Part shown: positions 1 through 10,404 of the stretch, piece by piece
How positions within the stretch are numbered: position 1 is the stretch's first letter
Layout of the letters: every line of letters begins with the position of its first letter
Assembly (NCBI GenBank): GCA_963665115.1
Contig: OY762007.1
Span: 7,584,001 to 7,648,000, forward strand
Length of the DNA stretch: 64,000 nt
Reading direction: 5' to 3'
Source of the DNA: an uncultured Rivularia sp.
GTDB lineage: Bacteria > Cyanobacteriota > Cyanobacteriia > Cyanobacteriales > Nostocaceae
The notes under the pieces: model-generated
Told to the model about the DNA's origin: nothing
The model's input: only the letters and a program-made list of their open reading frames with translations
Database searches by the model: none
Program-made: the position numbers and the translations under genes

Positions 1-1248
1 AGCGGCAATAATTAACCCATCTGGACTAATAGCAACAGTATTAATTGAGTAGTTATAGTTAAAAGTCCGAAGTAATATACGAGTCTTGATGTTCCATAGT
101 TTTATCGGATAGTAGTAATCGCTGCCACTAACAAGAATTCTCCCTTCTGGGCTAATAGCCATAGAATTTATCGGAGAAGAGTAACTATCGAGCGTGTCAA
201 TACATTTCCAAGCATAATTTAAATCATTATATTTCAAATCTCTAAATTGCTGAAGAGTTGAAAGATTTACGATTTTTTTAGTATCTGTATTATGTGAATA
301 TTGATTGCGTTCAGCAGCAATTAGTTCTTTCTGAGTACTTTCTGAAAAAGATGTTATTGCCAACTGGTTACGATCGGAATTAATATCTTTTAATACTTCA
401 GTTACCGATTGATAGCGGCGACTGGTAGCATTTTCAATCAGTTTGTCTAAAATATTCCCAAGTTTATCGCTAACCGAATTATTAACTAAATATTGTCGCC
501 ATACCCAGATATATTCGGAAATATCAAATAATTCAAACGGGGAAACTCCAGTTAATAAATAAATACAGGTTGCTCCCAAACTATATAAATCGCTGCTGTA
601 ATTAGCTTTACCCCTCGATTGTTCTGGTGCGACAAATTCCGGAGTTCCAATGCTAGTTCCGGTTTGTAAAATTGCGGTTCCCGTAACAAGTTTTGCAGCA
701 CCAAAGTCTACTAAAAATAGCTTTCCATCTCGCCTGCGGATAATATTTTCTGGTTTAATATCTCTATGGATAATGTCATTTTGATGAATAAACTCAAGCA
801 CGGGCAACAAACTATTTAATAATTCCCAAATTTGGGCTTCCTTAAAAGTGCCTTGTTCTTTTAATAACTCTGCTAAGTCATATCCATCAATATACTCCTG
901 TACTAAATATTGATGTTTTTCTTGAGTTAGATAATCTAACAAACCAGGTATTCGATCGTGTTTGCCTAAACTACCAAGCCTTGAGGCTTCCTGTTCAAAT
1001 AATTCAGCAGCTTTTTGAGTATTATTAGTACCTTGTGTTTGCAGAAGAAACTGTTTGATAACGCAAACCGGTTTCAAAGGTTTGCTTTGATCGACAGCCA
1101 GTAAAGTTCTGCCAAAACCACCTTGCCCAATTGGTTTTATTGCCCGATAACGTTGTTTTAAGAGCAATTGAGTACCGCAATTCACGCAAAAATTATCATT
1201 TTTTTTATTTTGGGGTTTTTGACAATGCGGATTTAGACAGTAACTCAT
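1..1248 (-). CDS. Ser/Thr protein kinase with N-terminal 4-Cys zinc-ribbon and C-terminal WD40 repeats (partial; 3' end runs off window; not in ORF track)
   Basis: ATG at 1248 (-). Manual translation gives MSYCLNPHCQKPQN...GQGGFGRT...HRDIKPENII...DFG...APEQ, followed by WD-like segments (INSMAISPEG...KLWN). Paralogous to the two neighbouring kinases. Confidence 0.9.
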   Translation of the reverse strand, partial: MSYCLNPHCQKPQNKKNDNFCVNCGTQLLLKQRYRAIKPIGQGGFGRTLLAVDQSKPLKPVCVIKQFLLQTQGTNNTQKAAELFEQEASRLGSLGKHDRIPGLLDYLTQEKHQYLVQEYIDGYDLAELLKEQGTFKEAQIWELLNSLLPVLEFIHQNDIIHRDIKPENIIRRRDGKLFLVDFGAAKLVTGTAILQTGTSIGTPEFVAPEQSRGKANYSSDLYSLGATCIYLLTGVSPFELFDISEYIWVWRQYLVNNSVSDKLGNILDKLIENATSRRYQSVTEVLKDINSDRNQLAITSFSESTQKELIAAERNQYSHNTDTKKIVNLSTLQQFRDLKYNDLNYAWKCIDTLDSYSSPINSMAISPEGRILVSGSDYYYPIKLWNIKTRILLRTFNYNYSINTVAISPDGLIIAA

Positions 1249-1324
1249 ACTAAAAATAGTAGATTAACTCTATACTTAATATTCTGAATCGAATTCGGTT
1301 TATTACTTAAATTTTTACAAAATT

Positions 1325-4079
1325 TTATTCACATTGCCAAACTTTAATCGTCTTATCGTCGCTACCGCTAAATAAAGTTTTTCCATCTGGACTAAAAATA
1401 ATCGAATTAACTTTACCTGAATACCCTTCTAAAGAAAATATTGCTTGCTTTGTAGCTATATCCCATAACTTGATACTATTATCATAACTGCTACTCGCAA
1501 GTATGTTTCCATTGGGGTTAAAAGTAATGTATCTAATAGATTTTTTATGACCTGCAAAAGTACATATTTCTTTTCTGTGAACTGCTTGCCAAAGCTTGAT
1601 ATTATTGTCTTCACTACCAGTTGCAATGATTTTTCCGTCGGGGCTAAAAGCAACTGAACGTATTCCATCGGTATGCTTGTAAGTATTAAGTATTTCACCA
1701 GTATTTAAGTCCCAAAGTATGGCTTTTTTGTCAGCACTACCGCTAACTACAATTGTTCCTTGGGGATTAAATGCAAGGCTGCTAACCCATCTTTTATGAC
1801 CTTCAAGAGTACGAATTTCTAAACCAGTATTTACATTCCATAATTTTACTGTTTTATCACCTCCAGCACTAGCAATCATTCTACCGTCAGGACTAAAAGC
1901 TAAACAATTAATTCCAGAAAATAAACCTTTATGTCCCGTAAATGTGAGAATTTTAGCCCCAGAATTTACGTCCCAAAGATGAATATGATTTTTTGAATCT
2001 CCACTTGCAATAGTTAATCCATCGGGGCTATAAGCAATAGCATAAATGGAATGTTTGGTATTAATATTTATTCGTTCTTTACCCGAAGCGATATCCCAGA
2101 GTTTGATTGTATTATCATGGCTACCGCTAGCAAGAATTTTTCCATCGGAACTAATAGCAATAGAATCAATAGAACCAGTATGAGAGCTATAATTAGCAAC
2201 GCATTGCCAATAGTATTTTTCATCTATATAGTTATAGGATTTATTCACATCCCTGAACTTTAATATTCTCCTATCTTGGCTACCACTTAATAAGATTTGG
2301 TTTTGTCCTTCCCAACTAAAAATAAAAAAGTTAGCTTCAATTAAATGTGCCGATAGAGTACATATTTCCTGTTTTGTATTTAGATTCCATAACTTGATAG
2401 AACCATTTTTATCCCCACAAGCAAGAATTGTTCCATCAAAATTAAAAGTAATATTGGTAGCAGGTAAGCTATTAGATGTAAGAGTACAAATTTTCCTTGC
2501 AGTGGCTACTTCCCAAAGTTTGATAATACATTTTTTTTTATTAGCAGCAGCAATAATTTTTCCATCGGCACTAAAAGCAACACAGCTAATTCCACCGGGA
2601 GTATTAGTACTATCTAGAGTATGAAGTATTCTACCAGTATTTAAATCCCAAAGTACCATTTTTCCATCATCACAACAGCTAGCAATAATTTGTCCACCTG
2701 GAGCGAAAGTAATACTTTTAACCGATTTATTATGACCTTTTAAAGTCCGAATTTCCGCACCCGTCTTTACATCCCATAACTTTACTGTTTCGTCAGAACC
2801 ACCACTAGCAATAAATTGACTATCGGGACTAAAACGAACGCAATTTATTGCGCCATACCAGCCTCTTAAAAAATGTATTGTTTTACCCGAATTTACATCC
2901 TTAAGTGTGATACTGTTATCGCGATCGCCACTTGCTAAAATTTGTTTATTGGGGCTAATCGCAACAGTATTAACTATAGACCCCATTATCGATATTCAAA
3001 AGTTGTTTACGCGGATTAGTTTTCCATAGCTGTATCTGATATTTTCTTGCTTTCTGCTTATTATTTATATATATATAATAAGAACCAGCACTAGCAATCA
3101 TCGTTCCGTCTTCACTAATAAAATTAGAATTCACATCATAGAGATGTACCTCAAAACTATCGAATTCTTTCCAATTATGATTATTCGTGGATGTTGATAT
3201 TGTTCCCGGAGTTGTATTACTTAAAACTTCACTTGCCAACTGATAGCGGCGACTGGTGGCACTTTCAATTAATTTATCTAAAATATTGCTAAGTTTTTCG
3301 CTAACCGGATTGTCAACTAAATATTGTTGCCACACCCAGCTATATTCTGAAATATCAAATAAATCAAAAGGAGAAGTTCCTGTTAATAAATAAATGCAGG
3401 TAACTCCTAAACTATATAAATCGCTGCTGTAAATAGCTTTACCCATAGTTTGTTCTGGTGCAACAAATTCAGGAGTACCGATGCTAGTTCCCGTTTGCAA
3501 CATTGCGGTTCCCGTAACAACTTTCGCAGCACCAAAATCTACTAAAAATATTTCTCCGTTACGATTGCGAATGATATTCTGTGGCTTAATATCTCGATGA
3601 ATTACCTCTTGATTGTGAATATATTCGAGTACGGGTATAATCGCATTTAATAATTGCCAAATTTGTTGCTCGTTAAAAATCCCTTCTGACGCTAATACTT
3701 GTTCTAAATTTTGTCCATCAATATATTCTTGAACTAAATATTGATGTTCTTCTTGAGTTAAATAATCTAATAACTTGGGAATTTGATTGTGTTTGCCTAA
3801 ATTATCTAATCTTAATGCTTCCTGTTTAAATAATTCTGCCGCTTTTTCAATATTTTTCGTACCTTCTGCTTGGAGAATAAACTGTTTGATGATGCAAAAT
3901 TCTTTAGAAGAGTTGCTTTCATCTACAGCTAACAAAGTTCTGCCAAAATTGCCTTGCCCGACTGGCTTTATAGCGCGGTAACGTTCTTTCAATAGTAGAT
4001 TTGTACCGCAAGTCAAGCAAACTTTATCGTGCGGATTATTTTGGGGTTTTTGGCAACGGGGATTAAGGCAATAACTCAT
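1325..4079 (-). CDS. Ser/Thr kinase-WD40 protein, split into ORFs 2970..4079 (kinase) and 1325..2986 (WD40) by a +1 frameshift at 2981-2984
   Basis: Kinase motifs GQGNFG, HRDIKPQN, DFG, APE. About 13 GH..WD repeats downstream. Removing one base from CCCC 2981-2984 gives continuous ...NIDNGSIVNTVAISP.... Confidence 0.88.
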
Positions 4080-4274
4080 ACTGAAAAATACATATACAAT
4101 CTACACTTAATATTCCCAATTTTTCTTTAAGCTAACTTCAATGTTCTTACAAGTATATTTAGTGGTGTTTTATGATGCTATACATAAGTATAATTATTAC
4201 AAAAAATATAACTTGCAGCTAACGCACTATTTTTATATTAGGCTTTTCTAGAATCATAAAATCTTTGACCAAAA

Positions 4275-6098
4275 TTATTCACATCGCCAAACTTTAATCG
4301 TATTATCATCGCTACCACTGAACAAAGTTTCCCCATTGGGACTAAAAACTAGAGAATTTACTCGTTCTGAATGTCCGGTAAGAATACATATTTCCTGCTT
4401 TGTATTTATATCCCACAACTTGATATCATTGCCATAGCTGCTACTAGCAAGTATTTTCCCATTCGGGCTAAAGGTAATGTATCTAATCCAGTTATTATGA
4501 CCTGGAAAAGTACAAATTAGTTCTCCACTAGTCACTTTCCAAAGCTTAATCGCACGATTGTAATCATCGCTACAAGTAACAATCATTTTTCCATCGGGGC
4601 TAAAAGCTACTGAACGAACTTCCTTATTTTTCCTATTTATACTATCGATAGTATTAAGTATTTCACCCGTGTTTAACTCCCAAAGTATGGCTGTTTTATC
4701 GGCACTAGCACTAACAAGAATATTTCCATTTGGGCTGATTGCAACACTGCTAACCCATCTGTTATGACCTTTTAGAGTTTGAATTTCCTCACCTGTAATA
4801 ACATCCCACAATTTTACTGTTGTATCACCACCAGCACTAGCAAGAATTCCACCATCTGGACTGAAACTTAAGCAATTAACTCCTGCAAAAAAACCTTTAT
4901 GTCCGATTAATCTACGAGTCTTTTTAGCTGAATTTATATCCCAAAGATGGATATTATTTTGGGAATCTCCACTAGCAAGAATGTATTTTGAGCTAAAAGC
5001 AACAGCGTAAATTGATTTTTCATGTTCGAGAGTCCCTAGTTGCTTTCCGGTGTTTATTTCCCATAGTTTTACTTGATAATCATGGCTGCCACTAGCAAGT
5101 ATCATTCCATCCGGGCTAATAGCAATAGAATCAATTTTCTTTGTATGGCTATATAAAGTGTTAATACATTGCCAACCATGTTTTGATGCATTTGATAAAA
5201 TATTTGTTATAACTAAAGAATCATTTTTATTAATATCTCTTAAAACCTCACCCGCAGATTGATAGCGGCGACTCGTAGCATATTCAATTAGTTTATCTAA
5301 AATATTACCTAATTTCTCGCTAACAGGATTATCAACTAAATACTGTCGCCACACCCAAGTACATTCAGAAATATCAAATAAATCAAAAGGAGAAATCCCA
5401 GTTAATAAATAAATACAGGTTGTTCCTAAACTATATAAATCGCTGCCATAAGTAGCTTTTCCTCTCGATTGTTCAGGTGCAACAAATTCCGGAGTACCGA
5501 TGCTAGTTCCCGTTTGTAGCATTGCAGTTTTCTTTATAACTTTCGCAGCACCAAAATCTACTAAAAATAACTGTCCGCTTCGACTGCGGATAATATTTTC
5601 TGGCTTAACATCTCGATGGATAACTTCGTTTTGATGAATAAATTCAAGTACGGGCAACAAGCTATTTAATAATTCGTAAATTTTAGCTTCGTTAAAACAA
5701 CCTTGTTCGGTTAGTATCTGAACTAAATTATGTCCATCAATGTAATCTTGTACTAAATATTGATGCTTTTCTTGAGTTAAGTATTCTAATAAATTGGGTA
5801 TTTGATTGTGTTTACCTAAATTATTCAGTCTTAAAACTTCTTGTCCAAATAATTCGGCAGCTTTTTGAATGTTATTAGTACCCTGTGCTTGGGGAAGAAA
5901 CTGTTTAATTACGCAAGCTGGCTTCGAGGGCTTGTCTTCATCCACAGCCAAAAAAGTTCTGCCAAAACCACCTTGCCCAATTGGTTTAATAGCACGATAG
6001 CGTTGTTTCAAAAGCAATTTAGTACCGCAATTTAAGCAAACTTGAGCATTCTTTTGATTTTCGGGTTGTTCACAATCAGGGTTTAGGCAATAACTCAT
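4275..6098 (-). CDS. Ser/Thr protein kinase with C-terminal 7-bladed WD40 propeller
   Basis: MSYCLNPxC..CxxCG N-terminus, GQGGFG, HRDVKPEN, DFG, APE and seven WD repeats. Confidence 0.93.
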   Translation of the reverse strand: MSYCLNPDCEQPENQKNAQVCLNCGTKLLLKQRYRAIKPIGQGGFGRTFLAVDEDKPSKPACVIKQFLPQAQGTNNIQKAAELFGQEVLRLNNLGKHNQIPNLLEYLTQEKHQYLVQDYIDGHNLVQILTEQGCFNEAKIYELLNSLLPVLEFIHQNEVIHRDVKPENIIRSRSGQLFLVDFGAAKVIKKTAMLQTGTSIGTPEFVAPEQSRGKATYGSDLYSLGTTCIYLLTGISPFDLFDISECTWVWRQYLVDNPVSEKLGNILDKLIEYATSRRYQSAGEVLRDINKNDSLVITNILSNASKHGWQCINTLYSHTKKIDSIAISPDGMILASGSHDYQVKLWEINTGKQLGTLEHEKSIYAVAFSSKYILASGDSQNNIHLWDINSAKKTRRLIGHKGFFAGVNCLSFSPDGGILASAGGDTTVKLWDVITGEEIQTLKGHNRWVSSVAISPNGNILVSASADKTAILWELNTGEILNTIDSINRKNKEVRSVAFSPDGKMIVTCSDDYNRAIKLWKVTSGELICTFPGHNNWIRYITFSPNGKILASSSYGNDIKLWDINTKQEICILTGHSERVNSLVFSPNGETLFSGSDDNTIKVWRCE

Positions 6099-6126
6099 AC
6101 TGTGAAAATATATAAGGTATGTACTT

Positions 6127-6135
6127 AATATTCCC
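6127..6135 (-). promoter_or_regulatory. J-box/SigJ-SigF-like motif GGGAATATT about 29 bp upstream of kinase start (other copies 4109-4117 and degenerate 1278-1286)
   Basis: The same motif, followed by AAGT, lies 29-30 bp upstream of all three kinase-WD40 ATGs. It is one mismatch from the Nostoc J-box GGGAATACT. Confidence 0.45.
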
Positions 6136-6170
6136 TTGATTTGCTTGTTGCTAACTATAATTCCTGTTTT

Positions 6171-6208
6171 ACCTCACCCCAGCCCTCTCCTTATCAAGGG
6201 AGAGGGAG
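6171..6208. repeat. Palindromic dispersed repeat ACCTCACCCC..CCCTCTCCTT...GGAGAGGG
   Basis: Stem CCCTCTCC/GGAGAGGG. A related copy lies inside lnt at 57092-57152. Confidence 0.6.
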
Positions 6209-6353
6209 ACAAGGGGAAATAAAATTTTTAACTTATAATTTATAACTCCTAACTCCTAACTCCTAACTCCTAACTCTTAATTCCTCGCTCCTAACTCCAT
6301 TTAATTGTGTATAAAGTAGGTGTGAATAATCATCATCTTAAGGCACAATTTGT

Positions 6354-6830
6354 ATGACATCTTACCAAGCTGATTCGGAAGGCGACGAAGTTATGACTGA
6401 TGTAATGGCAGAAAAGGAAAGCATCAACCATGTTGAGGTGATTGAAAACGTTATCGATACGCTGGATGAAAACGATAGCGCAATGGTTAATCATCCTTCT
6501 GATGGTGCTTATTTATGGAAGTTTAAGTACGGTAGCGTTGAAGTGTTTGTCCAATTAACGGGGACAAGCGATGAAGATACAATCACAATTTGGTCTTCTG
6601 TTTTAAAGTTGCCTGCAAAAGACGAACCTACAATGATGCGGCAGCTTTTGCAAATGAACTGTTCGAGTACTTTAGAAGCGCGATTTGGTATTGTTGAAAA
6701 CCAGGTAGTAGTTATATCTACGCGCATTTTAGAAGATTTATCTCCTGCCGAAGCCTCTCGTTTAATTACCATCGTCGCGACTATCGCTGACGACAATGAC
6801 GAAGATTTACAATCTAAATTTGGCGCTTAA
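6354..6830 (+). CDS. YbjN-domain (T3SS-chaperone-like fold) protein
   Basis: Acidic 158 aa protein with the WKFKYGSVEVFVQL...LEARFGI..NQVVV pattern of cyanobacterial YbjN-like proteins, upstream of a lipoate ligase. Confidence 0.7.
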   Translation: MTSYQADSEGDEVMTDVMAEKESINHVEVIENVIDTLDENDSAMVNHPSDGAYLWKFKYGSVEVFVQLTGTSDEDTITIWSSVLKLPAKDEPTMMRQLLQMNCSSTLEARFGIVENQVVVISTRILEDLSPAEASRLITIVATIADDNDEDLQSKFGA

Positions 6831-6940
6831 CAGTTAACAGTGAGCAGTAACCAGTTATCAGTTTTGAGGTAGCTGGTTGCTTTTGTGAATAATGCTCTCG
6901 ATAGGTTTCTATCAACTAACCACTAACCACTATCAACATT

Positions 6941-7651
6941 TTGAAAACTTGGCGATTAATTCCGCTTTTAGAATGCAACGGTAAATTACAGATGGCGATC
7001 GATGAATGGTTGTTGAAACAGCATCTGTCGGGACATCCGCCGAGCCTGCGTTTTTATACTTGGTCGCCTTCGGCAATTTCTCTTGGTTATCATCAACGTA
7101 AGTATCCAGAAGATTGGCAAAATTTAATCTGGGAAAACGAGCAAATAGACTTGGTACGCCGTCCGACTGGCGGACGTGCGGTGTTGCATCACGGCGATTT
7201 AACTTACGCTGTGGTGACTTCTGGGTTTTCTGGTAGTCGGATGGAAGCGTATAAAAATATATGCGAGTTTTTGATTCAAGGATGGCGTAATCTAGGTATT
7301 GAGTTGGATTATGGTACTGCTGGAAGGGGTTATATTAATAATCCTAATTGTTTCGGTACGGCAACGGGTGCGGATTTGGTAACTGTTGATGGTAATAAGT
7401 TGATTGGTAGCGCTCAGTTAAGACGTGGTGATGCAATTTTGCAACATGGCTCGATGCGATTGAAACCGGATGCGGAGTTGTTTAAAAAGATTTTTGGTGA
7501 AGAGTTATTAGATAGAGTTGTAATTGGGGAAGATTTGGAAATTGAAAGAATAATTAGTGTTTTAGTTGATGCTGCTAAAGATTGTTTTGGGGTTGAGTTT
7601 GAGGAAAAAGTTTTGAGTGATGGTGAGTGGGAAGAGATTTTAGCAATGTAA
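6941..7651 (+). CDS. Lipoate-protein ligase A / octanoyltransferase family protein
   Basis: MAIDE, SLGYHQ, VRRPTGGRAVLH, KLIGSAQ and LQHGS motifs. Confidence 0.9.
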   Translation: MKTWRLIPLLECNGKLQMAIDEWLLKQHLSGHPPSLRFYTWSPSAISLGYHQRKYPEDWQNLIWENEQIDLVRRPTGGRAVLHHGDLTYAVVTSGFSGSRMEAYKNICEFLIQGWRNLGIELDYGTAGRGYINNPNCFGTATGADLVTVDGNKLIGSAQLRRGDAILQHGSMRLKPDAELFKKIFGEELLDRVVIGEDLEIERIISVLVDAAKDCFGVEFEEKVLSDGEWEEILAM

Positions 7652-7675
7652 TTAGCAACTTTATGAGTAATTTAA

Positions 7676-8980
7676 TTAAATATCTAACCAATCTTTAATT
7701 TCTTTAATCAACCATTTTCTTTCAACATCAGTTAAAAATGCACCAAAATTATACTCTTCTGCCTTCGCTTGGATAGAAATATTTTTTAATTTTTGACCAT
7801 TTATTTCAAAAGAACTAGGGCTGCTGCCAATATTATTGATAGTTGAAGTCTTACCTGTTCTTTCATAACTGAAATTAAACAGTTTCCACTTAATAAGAAA
7901 ATCGTCTTGATTAAATTGGAGAAATAATTTTCCGTAATTGGCAAATAAATAAAGATTTACAATATATAAACTAAATATCCAAAATAATATTCTACTGAAT
8001 GGAATTATCATAGAAATAAATAAGATAAGCCATATAATGCAAAATATTAGAAAAAATACATCATCAAATTTAAATCCTCGTGGTGGTATTTCTATTTCTA
8101 AGTGATTTTCAGATTTATTTAATTTAATTGGACTACCTTGCGTTTTCGTAATTTCAGCAAGTGAATTAACAGTAAGACTAAGACGACCGTTTAAAGCTTC
8201 TAATGCTTCTTCAGCAGTACTAAATCTTTGTTCAATATCTGGTTCCGTTAACTTTTCAATCCAGCGAATAAAACTAGCACTCAAACTAACTTGTTCTTGA
8301 AACTGAATCCGCATATGTTTCTGCGGTAAATCGGCTGGTATCGTTCCTGTAGCAAGATGAATTAATGTTGCCCCTAAAGCATATAAATCAGAAGCGGGAA
8401 CGGTTCTACCTCCAAATTGTTCTACGGGTGCATAACCGTAAGTTCCAACTACCGTAAATGTTGCACCTTGTGCTACAGCTCTATCTTGTACCGCTCCAAA
8501 ATCAATTAAATAAACTCGTTTATCTTCACCTAAAATTAAATTACTTGGTTTAATATCGCGGTGAATAACTAGTGGATTGAGTGTATGTAGATAACAAAGT
8601 ATCTCTAGTATATCTATGGCAATATGTTGTAATTCTTTTTCAGTGAATCTCTGTTTTCTTTCGATTAATTGTTTTAACGAGTCACCACGGATATTTTCTT
8701 CTACTAAAGCAAAAAAGCTATTATCATCAACTATAGTAAAATAATCAAGATAATCGGGAATTCCAGCATGAGAAAGTTGTTTTAAAATATCGGCTTCTCG
8801 TTCAAAAAGTTTTAAATCCTGCCACTGCATCTGTTCGGAAGATGCTAGAAATTTGAGAATTACTGTTTCGGCTGGCTTTATTGATATATCTTCAGCCAAC
8901 CAAGTCTGACGACCTGAATGTTGCCCTAATTTTTGTTTTAACTGATAACGTTCTTGTAATATTTGTTCTGCTTCTAGCAT
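7676..8980 (-). CDS. Membrane-anchored Ser/Thr protein kinase (kinase + TM hairpin + C-terminal beta domain)
   Basis: HRDIKPSN, DFG, GTYGYAPVE; hydrophobic segments near aa 308-350; ends EIKDWLDI. Confidence 0.9.
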   Translation of the reverse strand: MLEAEQILQERYQLKQKLGQHSGRQTWLAEDISIKPAETVILKFLASSEQMQWQDLKLFEREADILKQLSHAGIPDYLDYFTIVDDNSFFALVEENIRGDSLKQLIERKQRFTEKELQHIAIDILEILCYLHTLNPLVIHRDIKPSNLILGEDKRVYLIDFGAVQDRAVAQGATFTVVGTYGYAPVEQFGGRTVPASDLYALGATLIHLATGTIPADLPQKHMRIQFQEQVSLSASFIRWIEKLTEPDIEQRFSTAEEALEALNGRLSLTVNSLAEITKTQGSPIKLNKSENHLEIEIPPRGFKFDDVFFLIFCIIWLILFISMIIPFSRILFWIFSLYIVNLYLFANYGKLFLQFNQDDFLIKWKLFNFSYERTGKTSTINNIGSSPSSFEINGQKLKNISIQAKAEEYNFGAFLTDVERKWLIKEIKDWLDI

Positions 8981-9045
8981 GGTAGACTAATCCAAATCAA
9001 CTTATATTATTACTTTTCTAAATACTCGCTACAAACTAAAAACTA

Positions 9046-10287
9046 TTAAATCCCCAGCCAATATTTAGTCTCTCCAATTAACCATTCTCTTTCAGCATTA
9101 GTCATCACTCCGCCAAAACGATATTTTTTAGAACCAGCTTTTAAGATAATCTTTTTGAATTTATTCTCAATATATTCTATTTTGTCAATCTCGATAGATT
9201 TAATTTCTGCAACATTTCCAATTATTTTACGGTAAGTAAAACCAAATATTTTCCATCTCAATATAAATTCATCCTGATTTAATTGGAGGTGAAATTCTTT
9301 AGAATAAATTAGAAAGTAAATAATGATAGAAAGTAGGCTCAAAAACAACATCAAAATAAACATTCCACCTAAGCTTTTAGTTGTGATTTCTCTTGGTGGA
9401 ATTATTATCTCAAAGTGATTTTCGGATTTTTTTAATTTAATTCGGCTACTGTATACTCGTTCTGGGTTAGCAGATGCTCCCTGAATAATGCGACTATTTA
9501 AAGCTTTTAATGCTTGAGGTGCAGTACTGAATCTTTGCTCAATATCTGGCTCCGTTAATTTTTCAATCCAGCGAATAAAACTATTGCTCAAACTGACTTT
9601 ATCTTGAAACTGAATACGCATTTGTTTTTGCGGTAAATCGGCTGGTATTCTCCCCGTCGCCAGATGAATTAATGTTGCTCCTAAAGCATATAAATCGGAA
9701 GCGGGAACTGTTCTACCACCGAATTGTTCAATTGGTGCGTAACCGTAAGTTCCAACTACTGTAAAGGTTGTACCTTTGGCTGCTGCGCTGTCTTGTACTG
9801 CTCCGAAGTCAATTAAATAAACTTGTTTTTCTCCACCCAACATTAAGTTACTTGGTTTAATGTCGCGGTGAATTACTTGTGGGTTTAGTGTATGTAGATA
9901 ACAAAGAATTTCTAATACTTCTGTAGCAATTGTTCGTAATTCTTCTTCACTAAATCTCTGTTTGCTTTCTATCAATTGTTTAAACGAAGAGCCGGGAATA
10001 TATTCTTGGACTAAAGCAAACCAATGATTCTTATCTTCTAGAGAAAAATAATCGCGATATTTAGGGATTCTCGGATGAGAAAGCTGCTTAAGAATATCGG
10101 CTTCCCGTTCAAAAAGTTTTAAATCTTGCCATTGGAAATTATCCCCAAAGGATAAAAATTTGAGGATTACTGTTTCTGCTGGCTGAATTGAGATATCTTC
10201 AGCTAACCAGGTTTGACGACCTGCATTTTGTGCTAACTTTTGTTTTAATTGGTAGCGCTGTTGGAATATCAGTTTTGGTTCTAACAT
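9046..10287 (-). CDS. Membrane-anchored Ser/Thr protein kinase
   Basis: HRDIKPSN, DFG, GTYGYAPIE; one long hydrophobic segment; ends ETKYWLGI. Confidence 0.9.
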   Translation of the reverse strand: MLEPKLIFQQRYQLKQKLAQNAGRQTWLAEDISIQPAETVILKFLSFGDNFQWQDLKLFEREADILKQLSHPRIPKYRDYFSLEDKNHWFALVQEYIPGSSFKQLIESKQRFSEEELRTIATEVLEILCYLHTLNPQVIHRDIKPSNLMLGGEKQVYLIDFGAVQDSAAAKGTTFTVVGTYGYAPIEQFGGRTVPASDLYALGATLIHLATGRIPADLPQKQMRIQFQDKVSLSNSFIRWIEKLTEPDIEQRFSTAPQALKALNSRIIQGASANPERVYSSRIKLKKSENHFEIIIPPREITTKSLGGMFILMLFLSLLSIIIYFLIYSKEFHLQLNQDEFILRWKIFGFTYRKIIGNVAEIKSIEIDKIEYIENKFKKIILKAGSKKYRFGGVMTNAEREWLIGETKYWLGI

Positions 10288-10404
10288 AAGGAACTATTAA
10301 AAAAAATGTATAAAAATAAACAATTCGCCCGGTTGCTTATAGGTTTATCACTACCTGTAATACTTCAAAACAGAAGACAGATATTCCTAATTACTAATCA
10401 ATAA

